Shown here: piece after piece, positions 19,082 through 29,792 of the stretch
Numbering within the stretch: the stretch's first letter is position 1
Layout: the number at the start of each line of letters is the position of its first letter
NCBI GenBank assembly: GCA_963706025.1
Contig: CAVPLM010000014.1
Location: 1-64,000, forward strand
DNA: 64,000 nt
Reading direction: 5' to 3'
Source of the DNA: an uncultured Actinomycetes bacterium
GTDB taxonomy: Bacteria > Actinomycetota > Thermoleophilia > RBG-16-64-13
Notes under the pieces: generated by a model
The model's database searches: none
What the model was told of the DNA's origin: nothing
Seen by the model: only the letters and a program-made list of their open reading frames with translations
Position numbers and translations under genes: made by a program

Positions 19082-19903
19082 CTAGAGCATCACCGGCACC
19101 CCGCGTCCGGCAAGATACTCCTTGACCTGTCGCACCGTGAAGGTGCGGAAGTGAAAGACCGAGGCGGCGAGCAGGGCCGAGGCCTTGCCTTCCGCCACCC
19201 CCTCGTAGAAGTGCTCGAGCGTGCCGGCGCCTCCGGAGGCGATCACCGGGACGCGGACGGCCTCGGCGATGGCCCGGGTGAAGGGGAGGTCGTAGCCGGC
19301 CAAAGTGCCGTCGCCGTCCATGCTGGTGGGTAGGAGCTCGCCTGCCCCTAGAGCCTCGCAGCGCCGGGCCCACTCGACTGCGTCCAGGCCCACCGGTGTC
19401 TGTCCGCCGCTCACCACCACCTCGAAGCCGGAGGGCATCTCCGGGTTTCGCCTGCCGTCGATAGCCACGATGATCCGGTCGGCCCCGTAGGCCTCAGCCG
19501 CTTCGTTCACCAGCTCGGGGCGGGCGACCGCCGCCGAGTTGACCGACACGGCCGCCACTCCGACCGCGAAGAGCGCCTCCATGTCCGCCAGAGTGGAGAT
19601 GCCTCCCCCCATCACCAGCGGGATGTCGATCACCGAGGCCACCTGCTTCGCCCATTCCAGGCGGGTCTTCCGGTTCTCGACGGTCGCGGCGATGTCCAGC
19701 ATGGCCAGCTGGTCCGCTCCCTCCTGCTGGTAGTAGAGGGCGTTCTCCACCGGGTCGCCGGCATCGCGCAGCGAGACGAAGTGGACACCCTTCACCACCC
19801 GGCCGTCCTTCATGTCCAGACAGGGGATTATGCGCACGGGGGCGTCATGCCCGAAGGCCAGCCCGGAGGCCTCCGCCGTGTCTTCCCTCGCTCGATCGTG
19901 CAC
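19082..19903 (-). CDS. hisF: Imidazole glycerol phosphate synthase cyclase subunit
   Basis: [55 protein letters not shown]. Start approximate. Confidence 0.9.
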   Translation of the reverse strand: MHDRAREDTAEASGLAFGHDAPVRIIPCLDMKDGRVVKGVHFVSLRDAGDPVENALYYQQEGADQLAMLDIAATVENRKTRLEWAKQVASVIDIPLVMGGGISTLADMEALFAVGVAAVSVNSAAVARPELVNEAAEAYGADRIIVAIDGRRNPEMPSGFEVVVSGGQTPVGLDAVEWARRCEALGAGELLPTSMDGDGTLAGYDLPFTRAIAEAVRVPVIASGGAGTLEHFYEGVAEGKASALLAASVFHFRTFTVRQVKEYLAGRGVPVML

Positions 19904-20074
19904 GATGCTTTCTCCCTTCGCTACCAGTGGGTCGAGGTCTATGGACGGTAGTGCTCGTTCCAAGTAGGGAGTATCGCATGACAACGCCTACGAACGCATG
20001 CGGGCCGACCCCTGACGCGACCGCCTTTCTTCCTGGAGAAGGACGCTCGTGCAGCGTCACCAGGGCAGTCTCAG

Positions 20075-22025
20075 CTAGTCGAGGAGTCTCGCCGCCAGGT
20101 GCCCCTCGTGGATCGCGTCGAGGATCTTGCGCGGGCTGACACAATCGCCGGCTTCGAAGACCTCGAGTCCGGGCAGAGCGGTGCTCAGACTGTCGAGAAG
20201 ATCTCTATTCGGCCTGAACCCGGCGGCCAGCACCACGCTGTCGACCATGATCCGCATCCTCTCTCCGGAGCGGTCGACCACTTCGATCCCCTCGTCGTCG
20301 ACGCCTTCCAGGCGCTTCCCGGTGTGGATCGAAACGGGCAGGTCCTTGAAGCGCTCCTCGTAGACCAGCTTCTCGTCGAAGGTGATGCCGTTCATGAAGG
20401 TATCGAGCATCTCGATGAAGACGACCTCTTTGCCCTGCTCGGCCAGGAACAGCCCCACCTCGGTGCCCACGATCCCGCCGCCGATGACGGCGACCTTCTC
20501 GCCCAGCTTCGCCTCGCCGTGGAGTACGGCGGAGGCGCTGCTCACCTTCTCGTGGGTGATGCCCTGGACGTCGGCGAGGGCCAGGGGCGTCGCGCCGGCG
20601 GCGACGATCACCGCGTCGTAGGCACCGCCGCCAAGGTCGGCAGCGGTGGCTTCCTTCTTGACCACGGTGATCCCGAGTTTCTCTATCTGGGTTTTCAAGT
20701 AGTCGATCAGAGGCCTCAGGTCGGGAGCCTTGAAATCCGGGATCGCGGCCTCGAGCAGAGCGCCCCCCAGCTCCCGCTTCTCGTACAGGGTGACCTCGTG
20801 ACCTTTCAGCGCGCACACCCGCGCCGCCTCCATGCCTGCCGGCCCCCCGCCGATCACGGCGACCTTCTTGGGGTGCTCGCTCTTGACGATTTTGAACTCG
20901 TCCTCCCGGCAGAGCGCGACGTTGACCGAGCACGAGACCGTCTTCGCCACGTGGTCTCCCCGCGCAAGGCAGCCGTCGTTGCAGCGGATGCAGGGCCGGA
21001 TGTCCTCGGGCCTACCCTCCTTCGCCTTGCGCGGCCACTCGCGGGTCGGCCCACAGTGGCCGGCCGAGACCGATGAAATCCCCCTTGCCTTGGGCGAGGA
21101 TGCTCTCCGCCAGTTCGGGAAGGTTGATCGATCCCGAGGCGATGACGGGTATGTTGACCACCTTCTTGACCGCCTCCGCCGCCCAGACGTTGTGGGCCAG
21201 GGACATCCCCATGGGGCTCACTTCGTGGATGGTCTGGTGGTGGTTGCCGCCGGACATGTGGATCGCCGCCACCGCCCGGGCCTCCAGTCGTTTGGACAGT
21301 TCGATCGTCTCCTCGATCGTGTGTCCATCGGGCTCGTAATCGGTGCCGCTCAGTCGCGCGCAGACCGGGTAGTCGGGACCGACCTGAGCTTTGATCTCCT
21401 TGACGACCTCGAGCAGGAACCGCATCCGGTTCTCGAGCGGGCCCCCGTACCAGTCGGTGCGCTTGTTCGTCCGCGGCGAGAAGAAGTTGGAGATGAGATA
21501 GCCATGGCAGGCGTGTATCTCCACCATGTCGAAGCCGGCTATCTGGGCCCGCTTGGCGGCTTGTCCGAAGGCCTTGATGATCTCCCGGATCTCCTCCACT
21601 GTGAGCGGCTGGGGAACGGGGCAGCCCGCGGCCAATATCTCCTCCCAGGGGACCGCGGACGCGGCCTTGGGCTGCTGGAGCGTGAATCTCTGTCGCCCGG
21701 CATGCGATATCTGGATCGCTGCTTTCGCCCCGTTCGCTTTGATCGTGTCGGCGAGGAGGGACAGGCCGGGGATGTGGTCCATGCCGGCGATGCCGAGCTG
21801 ACACGGCGAAGCTCTGCTGGCGTCGTAGTCGACCCAGGCGTACTCGACGATCACCATGGCGGCCCCACCCAAGGCCAGTTCCTTGTAGTGGCGCAGGAGC
21901 CTTTCCGTGATCGAGCCGTCCGGGTTGGCAAGCCCCGTGTGTTGGGGGGCCTTGATCACCCGGTTCTTGAGTCTCACGTTACCGATCCACCCCGGCTCGA
22001 ACAGCTTCGTGAAACTGGTCTGCAT
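20075..22025 (-). CDS. NADH:flavin oxidoreductase (OYE-like multidomain enoate/2,4-dienoyl-CoA reductase family); frameshift near 21040
   Basis: LKNRVIKAP, QISHAGR, EIHACHGYL, NKRTDWYGG..ENR. After the shift: CIRCNDGC..C.VN Fe-S motif and two Rossmann motifs (GGGPAG, GGGIVG). Confidence 0.85.
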
Positions 22026-22071
22026 AGTCCTTGCCTTTCGTTCGTATCGATCCGGACCCGGCGCCCTGTCC

Positions 22072-22743
22072 CTAACCGGGCTTCACCCAGCGGGCTGCCG
22101 CAAAGGCCCCCGTATCCAGACCTTGTGATCGTCCCAGTCTTTCGATCTCCACGGCTTTCCCGGGCGGATCGTTCTTCTGGAAATGGACCACCGACTTGGC
22201 CGTTCCGCCTGCAGGACCCAGGGCCAGCAGCTCGTCCGGAGATCTGAAGAACGCGCCCTCCAGGATATGTCTCTGTCCCTGCTCGGTCTTGGCTCTGCGG
22301 CGGGCGGCCCAGGGACTGAGGGCGTTGAGCGTGCCGACCACGACCAGGCCGCCCGGCTTGGTGACGCGAAAAAGCTCGTCTACCGCCTTTCTCGCGTCTT
22401 CGATGAACTCGAGGGCCGTCACAGAGACGGCTTTGTCGAAATGGTCGTCCTCGAAGGGGAGGGCCAGCATGTCCCCCTGTACGGCAACAAACGGATAGCC
22501 GGAAGCTTTCGCGACCGCTAGAGCCAGCATCGGCTCGGAGATGTCCAGCCCGACGACGTGCGCTCCCGCGGCCAGATAGTCGAGGGTGAACACGCCCGTC
22601 CCGCATCCGGCGTCGAGGATCCTCTCGCCTTCCCCGGGGCTCAGCATCTCGAGGATGAGACGGCACTCGGTGTCCTTGACCAGTCTCCCGATGGGTGTGG
22701 CGAACCACGCCTCGTAGCGTTCCGGCCAGTCGTCGAAGAGCAT
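22072..22743 (-). CDS. Class I SAM-dependent methyltransferase
   Basis: FDDWPERYEAWF.TP.G, ILDAGCGTG, LPFEDDHFD, RVTKPGG. Confidence 0.87.
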   Translation of the reverse strand: MLFDDWPERYEAWFATPIGRLVKDTECRLILEMLSPGEGERILDAGCGTGVFTLDYLAAGAHVVGLDISEPMLALAVAKASGYPFVAVQGDMLALPFEDDHFDKAVSVTALEFIEDARKAVDELFRVTKPGGLVVVGTLNALSPWAARRRAKTEQGQRHILEGAFFRSPDELLALGPAGGTAKSVVHFQKNDPPGKAVEIERLGRSQGLDTGAFAAARWVKPG

Positions 22744-22744
22744 C

Positions 22745-23533
22745 CTAGTCGCCGGTGGGGGGGAGGGCCCGCTGCAAGAACCCGGCGAGCAGCTCCCACA
22801 CCTGCTCGCCATGCGGCCCCTCGAGCAGATCGGTGCCGTGTTCGTCGCCAGGGATCAGCTCGAGCTCGGCTTCGACGGTGGCGAGCTGCTGCAGTTCTCT
22901 TGCGCCATCCGCGCCTGCGTCATCCTCGGCGGCGATGAAGAGCAGGGGAATCTTGAGCTGCGGAACCGCCTCCGCCGCGGAGAGGCCCTTGAACTCCACC
23001 GGAGCGGACAGCGTGGCCACACCGGCTATCGGGACCGGGGCCGGCGTCTGCGAGGCGGCGATCAGGCCGGCCGTGCCGCCCATCGATGCCCCGATCAGGG
23101 CGACCTCGGTCGCACCGGCGGCACCGATCTCGCGGATCGCCGCGGCCATGTCCCGGTCGAGGTACTCGATCTGTTTGGTCCCTTGGGAATCTCCGTAGCC
23201 ACGGAAGTCGAAGGTGAGGACCAGGTAGCCCTCCTCGGCAAGTCGCTCCGCCGTGGGGTACCAGCTTGTCTGATCGGCAGGGTACATGTGGGCGAGGACC
23301 ACGCCCGAGGTACCCGAGCCGAACAGATTGCCGCTCAGGGTGACGCCGTCGTCGGTCGTGAAGCTGACGCTCTCGGACGCGCCGACCGCCAGGCTGGTCG
23401 AGGCTGAACCCGAGCTGGTCGAGGCCGGGCCGTCGCCGGCGCAGGCCGCTATCGCAACAGCAGACCCGACGGCGAGCACGCAGAGAAAGCCAAGGAGAAA
23501 TCGGGAGAGGCATTTTGTCATCAGTCGCTGCAT
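22745..23533 (-). CDS. Secreted/lipoprotein alpha/beta hydrolase
   Basis: Hydrophobic signal ending IAAC, Ser-rich linker, FDFRGYG, nucleophile GASMG, Asp in AAEDD, His in EHGT. Confidence 0.8.
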   Translation of the reverse strand: MQRLMTKCLSRFLLGFLCVLAVGSAVAIAACAGDGPASTSSGSASTSLAVGASESVSFTTDDGVTLSGNLFGSGTSGVVLAHMYPADQTSWYPTAERLAEEGYLVLTFDFRGYGDSQGTKQIEYLDRDMAAAIREIGAAGATEVALIGASMGGTAGLIAASQTPAPVPIAGVATLSAPVEFKGLSAAEAVPQLKIPLLFIAAEDDAGADGARELQQLATVEAELELIPGDEHGTDLLEGPHGEQVWELLAGFLQRALPPTGD

Positions 23534-23758
23534 GGGGATCCTCCGCATCCTATCGAATGGTACCGCGAAACAATGCGCAGGCGTGAACCACAACGATCGC
23601 GGGCCTGAGCGGGGACGCGCCCCTGGGAGGGGCCGGGCCGCTCTTGAAGGGCCCCAACATGACTGATAGGGTTCCCTGGGTGTGTGGCGCGGGGGCGACG
23701 CGGAGAGCAGGCTTGGGCGGCGTTATCCTCGTTGCGCCGGTGGAGGAAAGGGGGCAAG

Positions 23759-24535
23759 TTGACCAAGTTGTCGGGTAAGGTCGCGGTGATCACCGGTGCC
23801 GCTTCCGGTATCGGACTGGCGGCTACCAAGCTCTTCGTCCAAGAGGGGGCGTGCGTACTGGCCATCGACTTGGACGCCGGCGCTCTTCAAGAAACGATCG
23901 CGGGTCTGGGCCCCAGTGTCACGCCGTTCGTCGCCGATGTCACCGACGAAGCCCAGATGCGTCAGGCCATGGCAGAAGCCGCGGCGACGTACGGGGGTAT
24001 CGACATCGTCCTGCCCAACGCCGGCGTCTTCGGCCCGCAGGCACCGATCGAGGACTATCCGATCGACACGTTCGAGCGGGTCATGCACGTGAACGTCACC
24101 GGCGTGCTTGTCACTATCAAGCACGCCGTTCCCTTCCTCGCGAAGCGCGGCGGCGGGAGCATCATCATCACTTCGTCGGTCGGCGCGATAATCGGTAACA
24201 AGGGGGCTTCTGCCTACATCGCCAGCAAGCACGCCCTCACCGGGATCATGAAGGTGGCCGCCCGTGAGCTGGCCTCGGAGAACATCCGGGTGAACACAGT
24301 GAATCCGGGCTTGGTCGACACTCCCATGATGAGGGTGGTGGAAGCCAGCGTCTGCCCGGAAGATCCTTTGCGCGGCCGGGCAATGCTGCAGTCCGCCACG
24401 TTCTTCAAGCGCTTCGTGCAGCCGGAGGAAGTCGCGGAACTCATGCTCTTTTTGGCCTCAGACGCCGCGGTCAACTGCACCGGCGGCATCTACATGATCG
24501 ACGGGGGCATGCAGTACGGGGGAGGCCACGAGTAG
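23759..24535 (+). CDS. Short-chain dehydrogenase/reductase (SDR)
   Basis: TGAASGIG, PNAG, YIASK, VNTVNPG. TTG start after GGAGG. Confidence 0.88.
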   Translation: MTKLSGKVAVITGAASGIGLAATKLFVQEGACVLAIDLDAGALQETIAGLGPSVTPFVADVTDEAQMRQAMAEAAATYGGIDIVLPNAGVFGPQAPIEDYPIDTFERVMHVNVTGVLVTIKHAVPFLAKRGGGSIIITSSVGAIIGNKGASAYIASKHALTGIMKVAARELASENIRVNTVNPGLVDTPMMRVVEASVCPEDPLRGRAMLQSATFFKRFVQPEEVAELMLFLASDAAVNCTGGIYMIDGGMQYGGGHE

Positions 24536-24591
24536 GACGACCAGGGGAGTAGTACCGCGAGGCTCGTTCGAATGGGTATCCCGTCTTTCGC

Positions 24592-25023
24592 TCAACCGGT
24601 CTCGACTTCACCGGGCCAAAGGACCGTGATGTCGGAGGGCAGCCGGGTTCTCTGCTCGCTGTCGAGAGTTACCAGGATCGCATCGAAGCGGCGCGCCGTC
24701 GCAGCGTAGACTGCGTCGGCGCCCCGCAGCCCGGCCGCTATTGCCAACTCCGCGGCTTCTCCCGCCAGTCTCTGGTCGAGCTCCACAAACAAGGTGGAGG
24801 TGGGCATGAAGGCCATGTCGGCGGCCTGCCGCGCCGCATCCGGATCGCCTGTCAAGCGGTTGACCGCTCCGGCGATCTCTGGCTTCACCAGAGTGGGAAG
24901 GATCACGAGCCGCGGGTTCTTGCTGAGATCCTCGATCAGCCGGAGGCTCTCCTCACCCCTCGCCTCCAAGGGACTGAGCGCGCTGACGAACACGCTGGCA
25001 TCTATGGTCAGGGCTCGGGCCAC
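24592..25023 (-). CDS. vapC: Type II toxin, PIN-domain VapC
   Basis: IDASV, E.AGA, LRGADAVY.A, LVTLD acidic PIN residues; lies just downstream of the antitoxin. Confidence 0.85.
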   Translation of the reverse strand: MARALTIDASVFVSALSPLEARGEESLRLIEDLSKNPRLVILPTLVKPEIAGAVNRLTGDPDAARQAADMAFMPTSTLFVELDQRLAGEAAELAIAAGLRGADAVYAATARRFDAILVTLDSEQRTRLPSDITVLWPGEVETG

Positions 25024-25029
25024 GAAGCC

Positions 25030-25290
25030 TCAACGCCGGAGTGCGCGCAGCAGTTCTTCCGCTGAGAACGGTTGCGTCACTTTGGTCCCTATCCTCTCGC
25101 GGAGTCTCAAGAACTCCTCCCATGATTGCTCTCTGGTCTTGGGCTCGACCTCTTCCGCAGGGGTGAAGGGGATGATGACTGCGACCGGCTCTCCTCGATT
25201 CGTGACCACGTACCGCGCGCGGTTGTCCTCGACGTCTCGCAGGACTTCAGAGGCGTGTGTTTTCAAATGGCGCAGACCGATACGAGGCAT
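25030..25290 (-). CDS. Type II antitoxin, Phd/YefM family
   Basis: IGLRHLKTHASEVLRDV...VVTNRGEPVAVIIP signature. Minus-strand TATAAT at 25331-25336. Confidence 0.85.
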   Translation of the reverse strand: MPRIGLRHLKTHASEVLRDVEDNRARYVVTNRGEPVAVIIPFTPAEEVEPKTREQSWEEFLRLRERIGTKVTQPFSAEELLRALRR

Positions 25291-25444
25291 GATCGCCCTC
25301 TCAGAGAGAAGTAGTGCGTTCTGTGACCTCATTATACCTCCCGAACAGCATCGTGCCTGCCCAAGCGCCTACCCGCAACATACCGTTGGCAGCCGAGGTG
25401 AGCGGTCCAACCTTCGATGTAGCTTGGACGCGGAGTGGATGACG

Positions 25445-26437
25445 TCACTCAGGATGCAGAACCAGCTTGCCCATCACCTCGCCGGCCTCGATCATCTCGT
25501 GGGCCCGTCTGGCCTCGGACAGAGGTAGCACCCGGTAGATCGGGGGTCTCAGCTTGCCGTCGGCCATGAGTCCCAGCACCTGCTCCTTCACCTTGCGGAA
25601 GCCGGCGGGGTCGGTGTCGTGAACGTGGATGGAGAAGTAGCGGATCCCGTAGCAGTACTCGCAGCGGCTCTGAAGGATGTGGATGATGTCCTTGTCTTCG
25701 GGATAGCCGCCCAGGAAGTTGTAGAGAATGATCTGCCCGTAGGTGGCCAGCATGTCGAATTGGCGACAGAACTGCGGCCCCGCCACCTGGTCGTAGACGT
25801 AGTCCACGCCCCGGCCGGCGCTCAGTCTCTTGACCGCCGCTACGTCGCCTTCTTCCTTGTAGTTGAAGACGGCCTCCACGCCCAGGCCCCGCAGGTAGTC
25901 GCACTTCGCGTCGGTGCTGGCGCTGGCTATGACGTTCATCTTCTTGAGCTGGGCCAGTTGGATGACGGCGGTGCCCACGCCGCCGGCCGCACCCCCGATG
26001 TAGAGGGTCTGGCCCTCCTTGGCCTCGACGATCTGGTTCAGCAGCCCCCAGGCCACGAAGTAGTTGTAGGCGGCTGCGGCGGCGTCGAAATCGGTCCCCT
26101 CCGGGATGAGCACCACGTCGTCGGCGGTGACCGCCATGTACTCGGTGTAGGTGCCGTAGCAGGCCATGTGCAGCACGTGGACCGGCTGGCCGATGGTGAA
26201 CCCGGTGACGCCGGGGCCGAGGGCCTCGATGCGGCCGGCCATCTCGTAGCCCAGGGTGACGGGGAAGGGACAGGTGAGCCACTGGCAACGACCCGTGCGG
26301 ACGCGCCAGTCGGCCTTGCAGACACCTGCGGATACCATCTTCACCAGCACCTGGCCCTCGCCGGGCGTCGGCACGGGCAGGTCGACGTATTTCAGTACTT
26401 CCGGCCCACCGAACTGTTCGAACACGACTGCTTTCAC
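25445..26437 (-). CDS. MDR family NADPH:quinone oxidoreductase-like protein
   Basis: KAVVFEQFGGPEVL, LGYEMAG, GAAGGVG, GRGVD, AHEMIE....GKLVL. Real start is the GTG after GGAGAGGAG. Confidence 0.85.
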   Translation of the reverse strand: MKAVVFEQFGGPEVLKYVDLPVPTPGEGQVLVKMVSAGVCKADWRVRTGRCQWLTCPFPVTLGYEMAGRIEALGPGVTGFTIGQPVHVLHMACYGTYTEYMAVTADDVVLIPEGTDFDAAAAAYNYFVAWGLLNQIVEAKEGQTLYIGGAAGGVGTAVIQLAQLKKMNVIASASTDAKCDYLRGLGVEAVFNYKEEGDVAAVKRLSAGRGVDYVYDQVAGPQFCRQFDMLATYGQIILYNFLGGYPEDKDIIHILQSRCEYCYGIRYFSIHVHDTDPAGFRKVKEQVLGLMADGKLRPPIYRVLPLSEARRAHEMIEAGEVMGKLVLHPE

Positions 26438-26647
26438 GGATATGTTCTCCTCTCCTGGGCGACCGCCTTCAGATATTCCCGCGCGGAGCGCGATCCTGCA
26501 AGGAGTTGGGGCGGCCGTGCGGTCGTCCGGTTTGCGCGCGACGCCGCGACCGGGGCCCGGGAGATCGCGATGGTGTTGACGCCTCGAGGCATCTTCACTA
26601 AGGTGAGGTGCGCCTGAAGACCCTGAACCAGATATCGAGGTGGGAGC

Positions 26648-27538
26648 ATGAAGATCGGTTTTATCGGCATCGGGCAGATGGGGATCCACATGTCCAGGAA
26701 GATCCGGGAGGCCGGATATGAGCTGGTCGTCCACGACGTCAGCAAGGATGCCGCCATGCCTGCCGTGCAGGAGGGGGCGGAATGGGCCGACACGCCCGCT
26801 GCCGTGGCCGCGGCCTGCCGGGTGGTGATCACCTGTCTGCCCACACCCCAGAGCGTCCAGGACGTTGTCCTGGGGGAGAGTGGTCTCCGCTTCGGCTGGA
26901 AAGCAGGCGACATCTACATAGACATGAGCACGAACGCCCCGTTGACCGTCAGACTCATCGCCGAGGCCGCCGCGCCCCTGGGGGTGAAGGTCCTCGACGC
27001 TCCGGTGAGTGGGGGCACCAAGGGAGCTGAGCAGGGCACGCTCACGATCATGGTCGGGGGCGATCCGGCTGTTCTGGAAGAAGCTCGCCCCGTTCTGGAA
27101 CCGATGGCCAACAAGATCTTCCATCTGGGTAATGTGGGCTGCGGCAACGTGGCCAAGCTCGTCAACAACATGATCGGGCTGGCCTGCAACTCCATCTGCG
27201 CCGAGGGCTTCGTGCTGGGGGTCAAGGCCGGCATCGACCCGCAGGCGCTCTACGATCTCCTGACCATCAGCACCGCCAACAACTGGAGCCTGCAACAGTA
27301 TCCGCGGACCGTGTTCAAAGGCGACTTCGCCCCGGGATTCAAGATCTCCCTGGCCCACAAAGACATCAATCTGGCTCTCGGTCTGGGTCAGGAATACGGG
27401 GTCCCGCTGCCGGTGGCGGAAGCGGTAAAAGAAGATCTGGCCGGGGCCATGAAGGACGGCCGGCGCGACCAAGGGGTCGATTCGGTCATACTAAGCCTTG
27501 AAGAAACAGCCGGGGTCCAGGTGCGCGTCTCGGACTAG
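26648..27538 (+). CDS. Beta-hydroxyacid dehydrogenase (3-hydroxyisobutyrate/tartronate semialdehyde reductase family)
   Basis: KIGFIGIGQMG, DMST, LDAPVSGG, KLVNN, GF.I.LAHKD. Confidence 0.9.
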   Translation: MKIGFIGIGQMGIHMSRKIREAGYELVVHDVSKDAAMPAVQEGAEWADTPAAVAAACRVVITCLPTPQSVQDVVLGESGLRFGWKAGDIYIDMSTNAPLTVRLIAEAAAPLGVKVLDAPVSGGTKGAEQGTLTIMVGGDPAVLEEARPVLEPMANKIFHLGNVGCGNVAKLVNNMIGLACNSICAEGFVLGVKAGIDPQALYDLLTISTANNWSLQQYPRTVFKGDFAPGFKISLAHKDINLALGLGQEYGVPLPVAEAVKEDLAGAMKDGRRDQGVDSVILSLEETAGVQVRVSD

Positions 27539-27574
27539 CGCTCGCGGCTCCGCAATCGACCAAGGGGGGACACG

Positions 27575-27940
27575 ATGATAGTGGTCGAAGGCAGCACCGT
27601 TCACACGGTCACGATGGATCCGAAGGACGACGAGATCGTCAAGAATGCGCCCGTCAGCGGACGGCGATTGCTGAGCATGGCCGATGCGGGCGGCTGGGCG
27701 GCCTCGCTGACCACGTTCGGCATCGGGGGCAGGCTCAACTGGCACACGCACGATTCGGAGCAGATCCTCTTCGTCACCGAAGGCAGGGGGATCGTGGCCA
27801 CCAAGGACGAAGAACACGTGATCACTGCCGGCTGCATCGTCTACATCCCCGCCGGTGAGAACCACTGGCACGGCGCCACTCCCGAGTCGTCCATGACCCA
27901 CCTCAACATCCAGAAAGCCGGCATCCACCTGGCGGAATAA
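27575..27940 (+). CDS. Cupin domain protein
   Basis: WHTHDSEQIL...G.G and IPAGENHWHGA metal-binding motifs. Confidence 0.85.
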   Translation: MIVVEGSTVHTVTMDPKDDEIVKNAPVSGRRLLSMADAGGWAASLTTFGIGGRLNWHTHDSEQILFVTEGRGIVATKDEEHVITAGCIVYIPAGENHWHGATPESSMTHLNIQKAGIHLAE

Positions 27941-27984
27941 GCCGAAGGAGCCGACCCACATAGCACACAGAGGAGCGGAGCGAC

Positions 27985-28233
27985 ATGAAAGCTGCCGTCT
28001 GCTACGAGTTCGGGAAGCCGTTGGTAATCGAGGAGCTCTCCCTGAGGCCGCCTCGGGGCGACGAGGTGAAGGTTAAGGTGGCCGCCACGGCCATTTGCCA
28101 CAGCGACATCCACGACATCAATGGGGACTTCGGCGAGCTCGTCGCCGGCCGGTATCCATTGGACCGCATCAACGACGCGCTGGAGTCCTCAGCGGCAGGC
28201 GAGGCTCTCCGCAACGTGATCGTGTTCGACTAG
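27985..28233 (+). pseudogene. Zn-dependent alcohol dehydrogenase with a large in-frame internal deletion (N- and C-termini fused, 82 aa)
   Basis: MKAAVCYEFGKPL..EV.VK..ATAICHSD (ADH N-terminus) joins directly to RYPLDRINDAL...GEALRNVIVF (ADH C-terminus). GHE motif and Rossmann domain are absent. Confidence 0.75.
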
Positions 28234-28251
28234 GACGTGAGAGGAGCTGGA

Positions 28252-28905
28252 ATGTCCGCATACGAAGGACCGGAGTGCGCTCTTTGCAGAGTCATCGCCT
28301 GCGATGCTGCTCCGGGCACAGAGTCGCCGCCACGTTTCTGCCCCACCTTGAACGAGCCGGAGTTGCTCGCCGAGGTGGAGGGGACCTATCTGGCCGACGA
28401 AACACTCCGGCGGATCGCCCTGGAGTCGGCACGCACCGAGGCGGCGGGATACTGTGTCGCCACCCGGGTGGAGGAGACCATGGATTTCGCGCGGCGCATG
28501 GGTTGGCGCCGCCTCGGCATCGCCCACTGCGTGGGGCTGATGCGGGAAGCCAAGGTGGCCCGGGACATCTTCGAGGCGCACGGGTTCGAGGTCTTCACGG
28601 TCTGCTGCAAGACCGGCTCCATCGACAAGGAGAGCGTGGGCGTCAAGGACGAGGAGAAGCTTCGGCCCGGTCAGTACGAGGTGATGTGCAATCCCGTGGG
28701 ACAGGCTGCTCTCCTGGCCCGAGCGGGGACCGAGTTCAACGTGGTCATGGGTCTGTGCGTGGGCCACGATAGCCTGTTCCTGATGCACTCCAAGGCTCCC
28801 GCCACGGTCCTGGTGGTCAAGGACAGGGTACTGGGGCACAACCCGGTGGCCGCGCTCTACACGAACCACTCCTACTACCGGCGGCTGAGCAACCCAAAAC
28901 CTTAG
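28252..28905 (+). CDS. DUF1847 family Cys-rich putative metal-binding protein
   Basis: TRVEE..FA..MG..LGIA.C.GL, CCKTG, CNPVGQA, GLCVGHD, VKDRV.GHNP.AALY. Confidence 0.85.
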   Translation: MSAYEGPECALCRVIACDAAPGTESPPRFCPTLNEPELLAEVEGTYLADETLRRIALESARTEAAGYCVATRVEETMDFARRMGWRRLGIAHCVGLMREAKVARDIFEAHGFEVFTVCCKTGSIDKESVGVKDEEKLRPGQYEVMCNPVGQAALLARAGTEFNVVMGLCVGHDSLFLMHSKAPATVLVVKDRVLGHNPVAALYTNHSYYRRLSNPKP

Positions 28906-28958
28906 GCTTAGGCTAAGGTTTAGTTCTATCGTCCGGGCTACGTGCGAAAGGAACCACA

Positions 28959-29725
28959 ATGGGGATCATGAACGGAAAGACCTGCATCGTGACCGGCGGT
29001 GCCGGCAGCATCGGCCTCGCCAGCGCCGCCCTACTGCTGAGCGAAGGCGCGCGGGTGATGCTGGTCGGTCGCAATCGCGAGAATCTGGCTCGGGCGGCCG
29101 AGTCCCTGAATGCGGGCGACGACGTCTTGGGCACCGTCACGGCCGATGTGTCCGATTGCCTCGGACGTACAGACGCTACATCGACGAGACCGTCGCCCGA
29201 TGGGGCAAGATCGACGTGTTGTTCAGCCACGCCGGCATCTCCGGGGTGATCAAGCCGGTGACGGAATACCCGGAAGAGGTCTTCGACGCCGTCATGGCCA
29301 TCAACGTCCGGGGATCGTTCCTGGCCTGCAAGTACGGGTTACCGCAGATGAACGACGGCGGCAGCATCATCATCACCTCGAGCATCATGGGGACGCGTGC
29401 CGATCCCGGTGTCTGCGCGTACGCGACCTCCAAGCACGCACTGATCGGGTTGGCGCGCGTGGTGGCCAAGGAAGCGGCAGGTCGCAACATCCGCGTCAAC
29501 GTCTTTGCGCCGGGACCCACCGACAACAGCTTCCAGTCCACGATCGAGGAACGGCTCACCGAGATAGTCGGCGAGGACGGGACCGAGTTCCTGAACCGGA
29601 TCATCCCGTTGGGCCGCCACGGACAGGCCGAGGAGGTCGCGCGTATGGTCCTGTTCCTCGCGTCGGACCAGAGCAGCTTCTCGACCGGCAGCGTGTTCAT
29701 GGCCGACGGGGGGATGAACATCTAG
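28959..29725 (+). CDS. Short-chain dehydrogenase/reductase (SDR); frameshift near 29155-29170
   Basis: TGGAGSIG in the first frame; HAGISG, YATSK, FLASD..SF.TG...ADGG in the second frame. Confidence 0.82.
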
Positions 29726-29792
29726 GGCTGGGCTGCCGCGGCCGGAGCGGGGCGAGTCGCGCCCCGCCGGGCGCCCCGGTGGCGCGCGGGCG

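Noticed and set aside
24592-25290. vapBC as the marker of a mobile element
   Set aside because: No integrase, transposase, att site or flanking repeats; stand-alone chromosomal TA pairs are ordinary.
26605-26647. TPP riboswitch-like words (ggtg..ctgaaga..ccc.tgaaccagat..gggag)
   Set aside because: Too short, lacks the P3 and P5 stems, and the downstream gene is unrelated to thiamine.
25445-27472. 675-aa ORF as a fusion protein
   Set aside because: The N-terminal half is the antisense frame of the hydroxyacid dehydrogenase. The real gene starts at GTG 26437 with its own SD.
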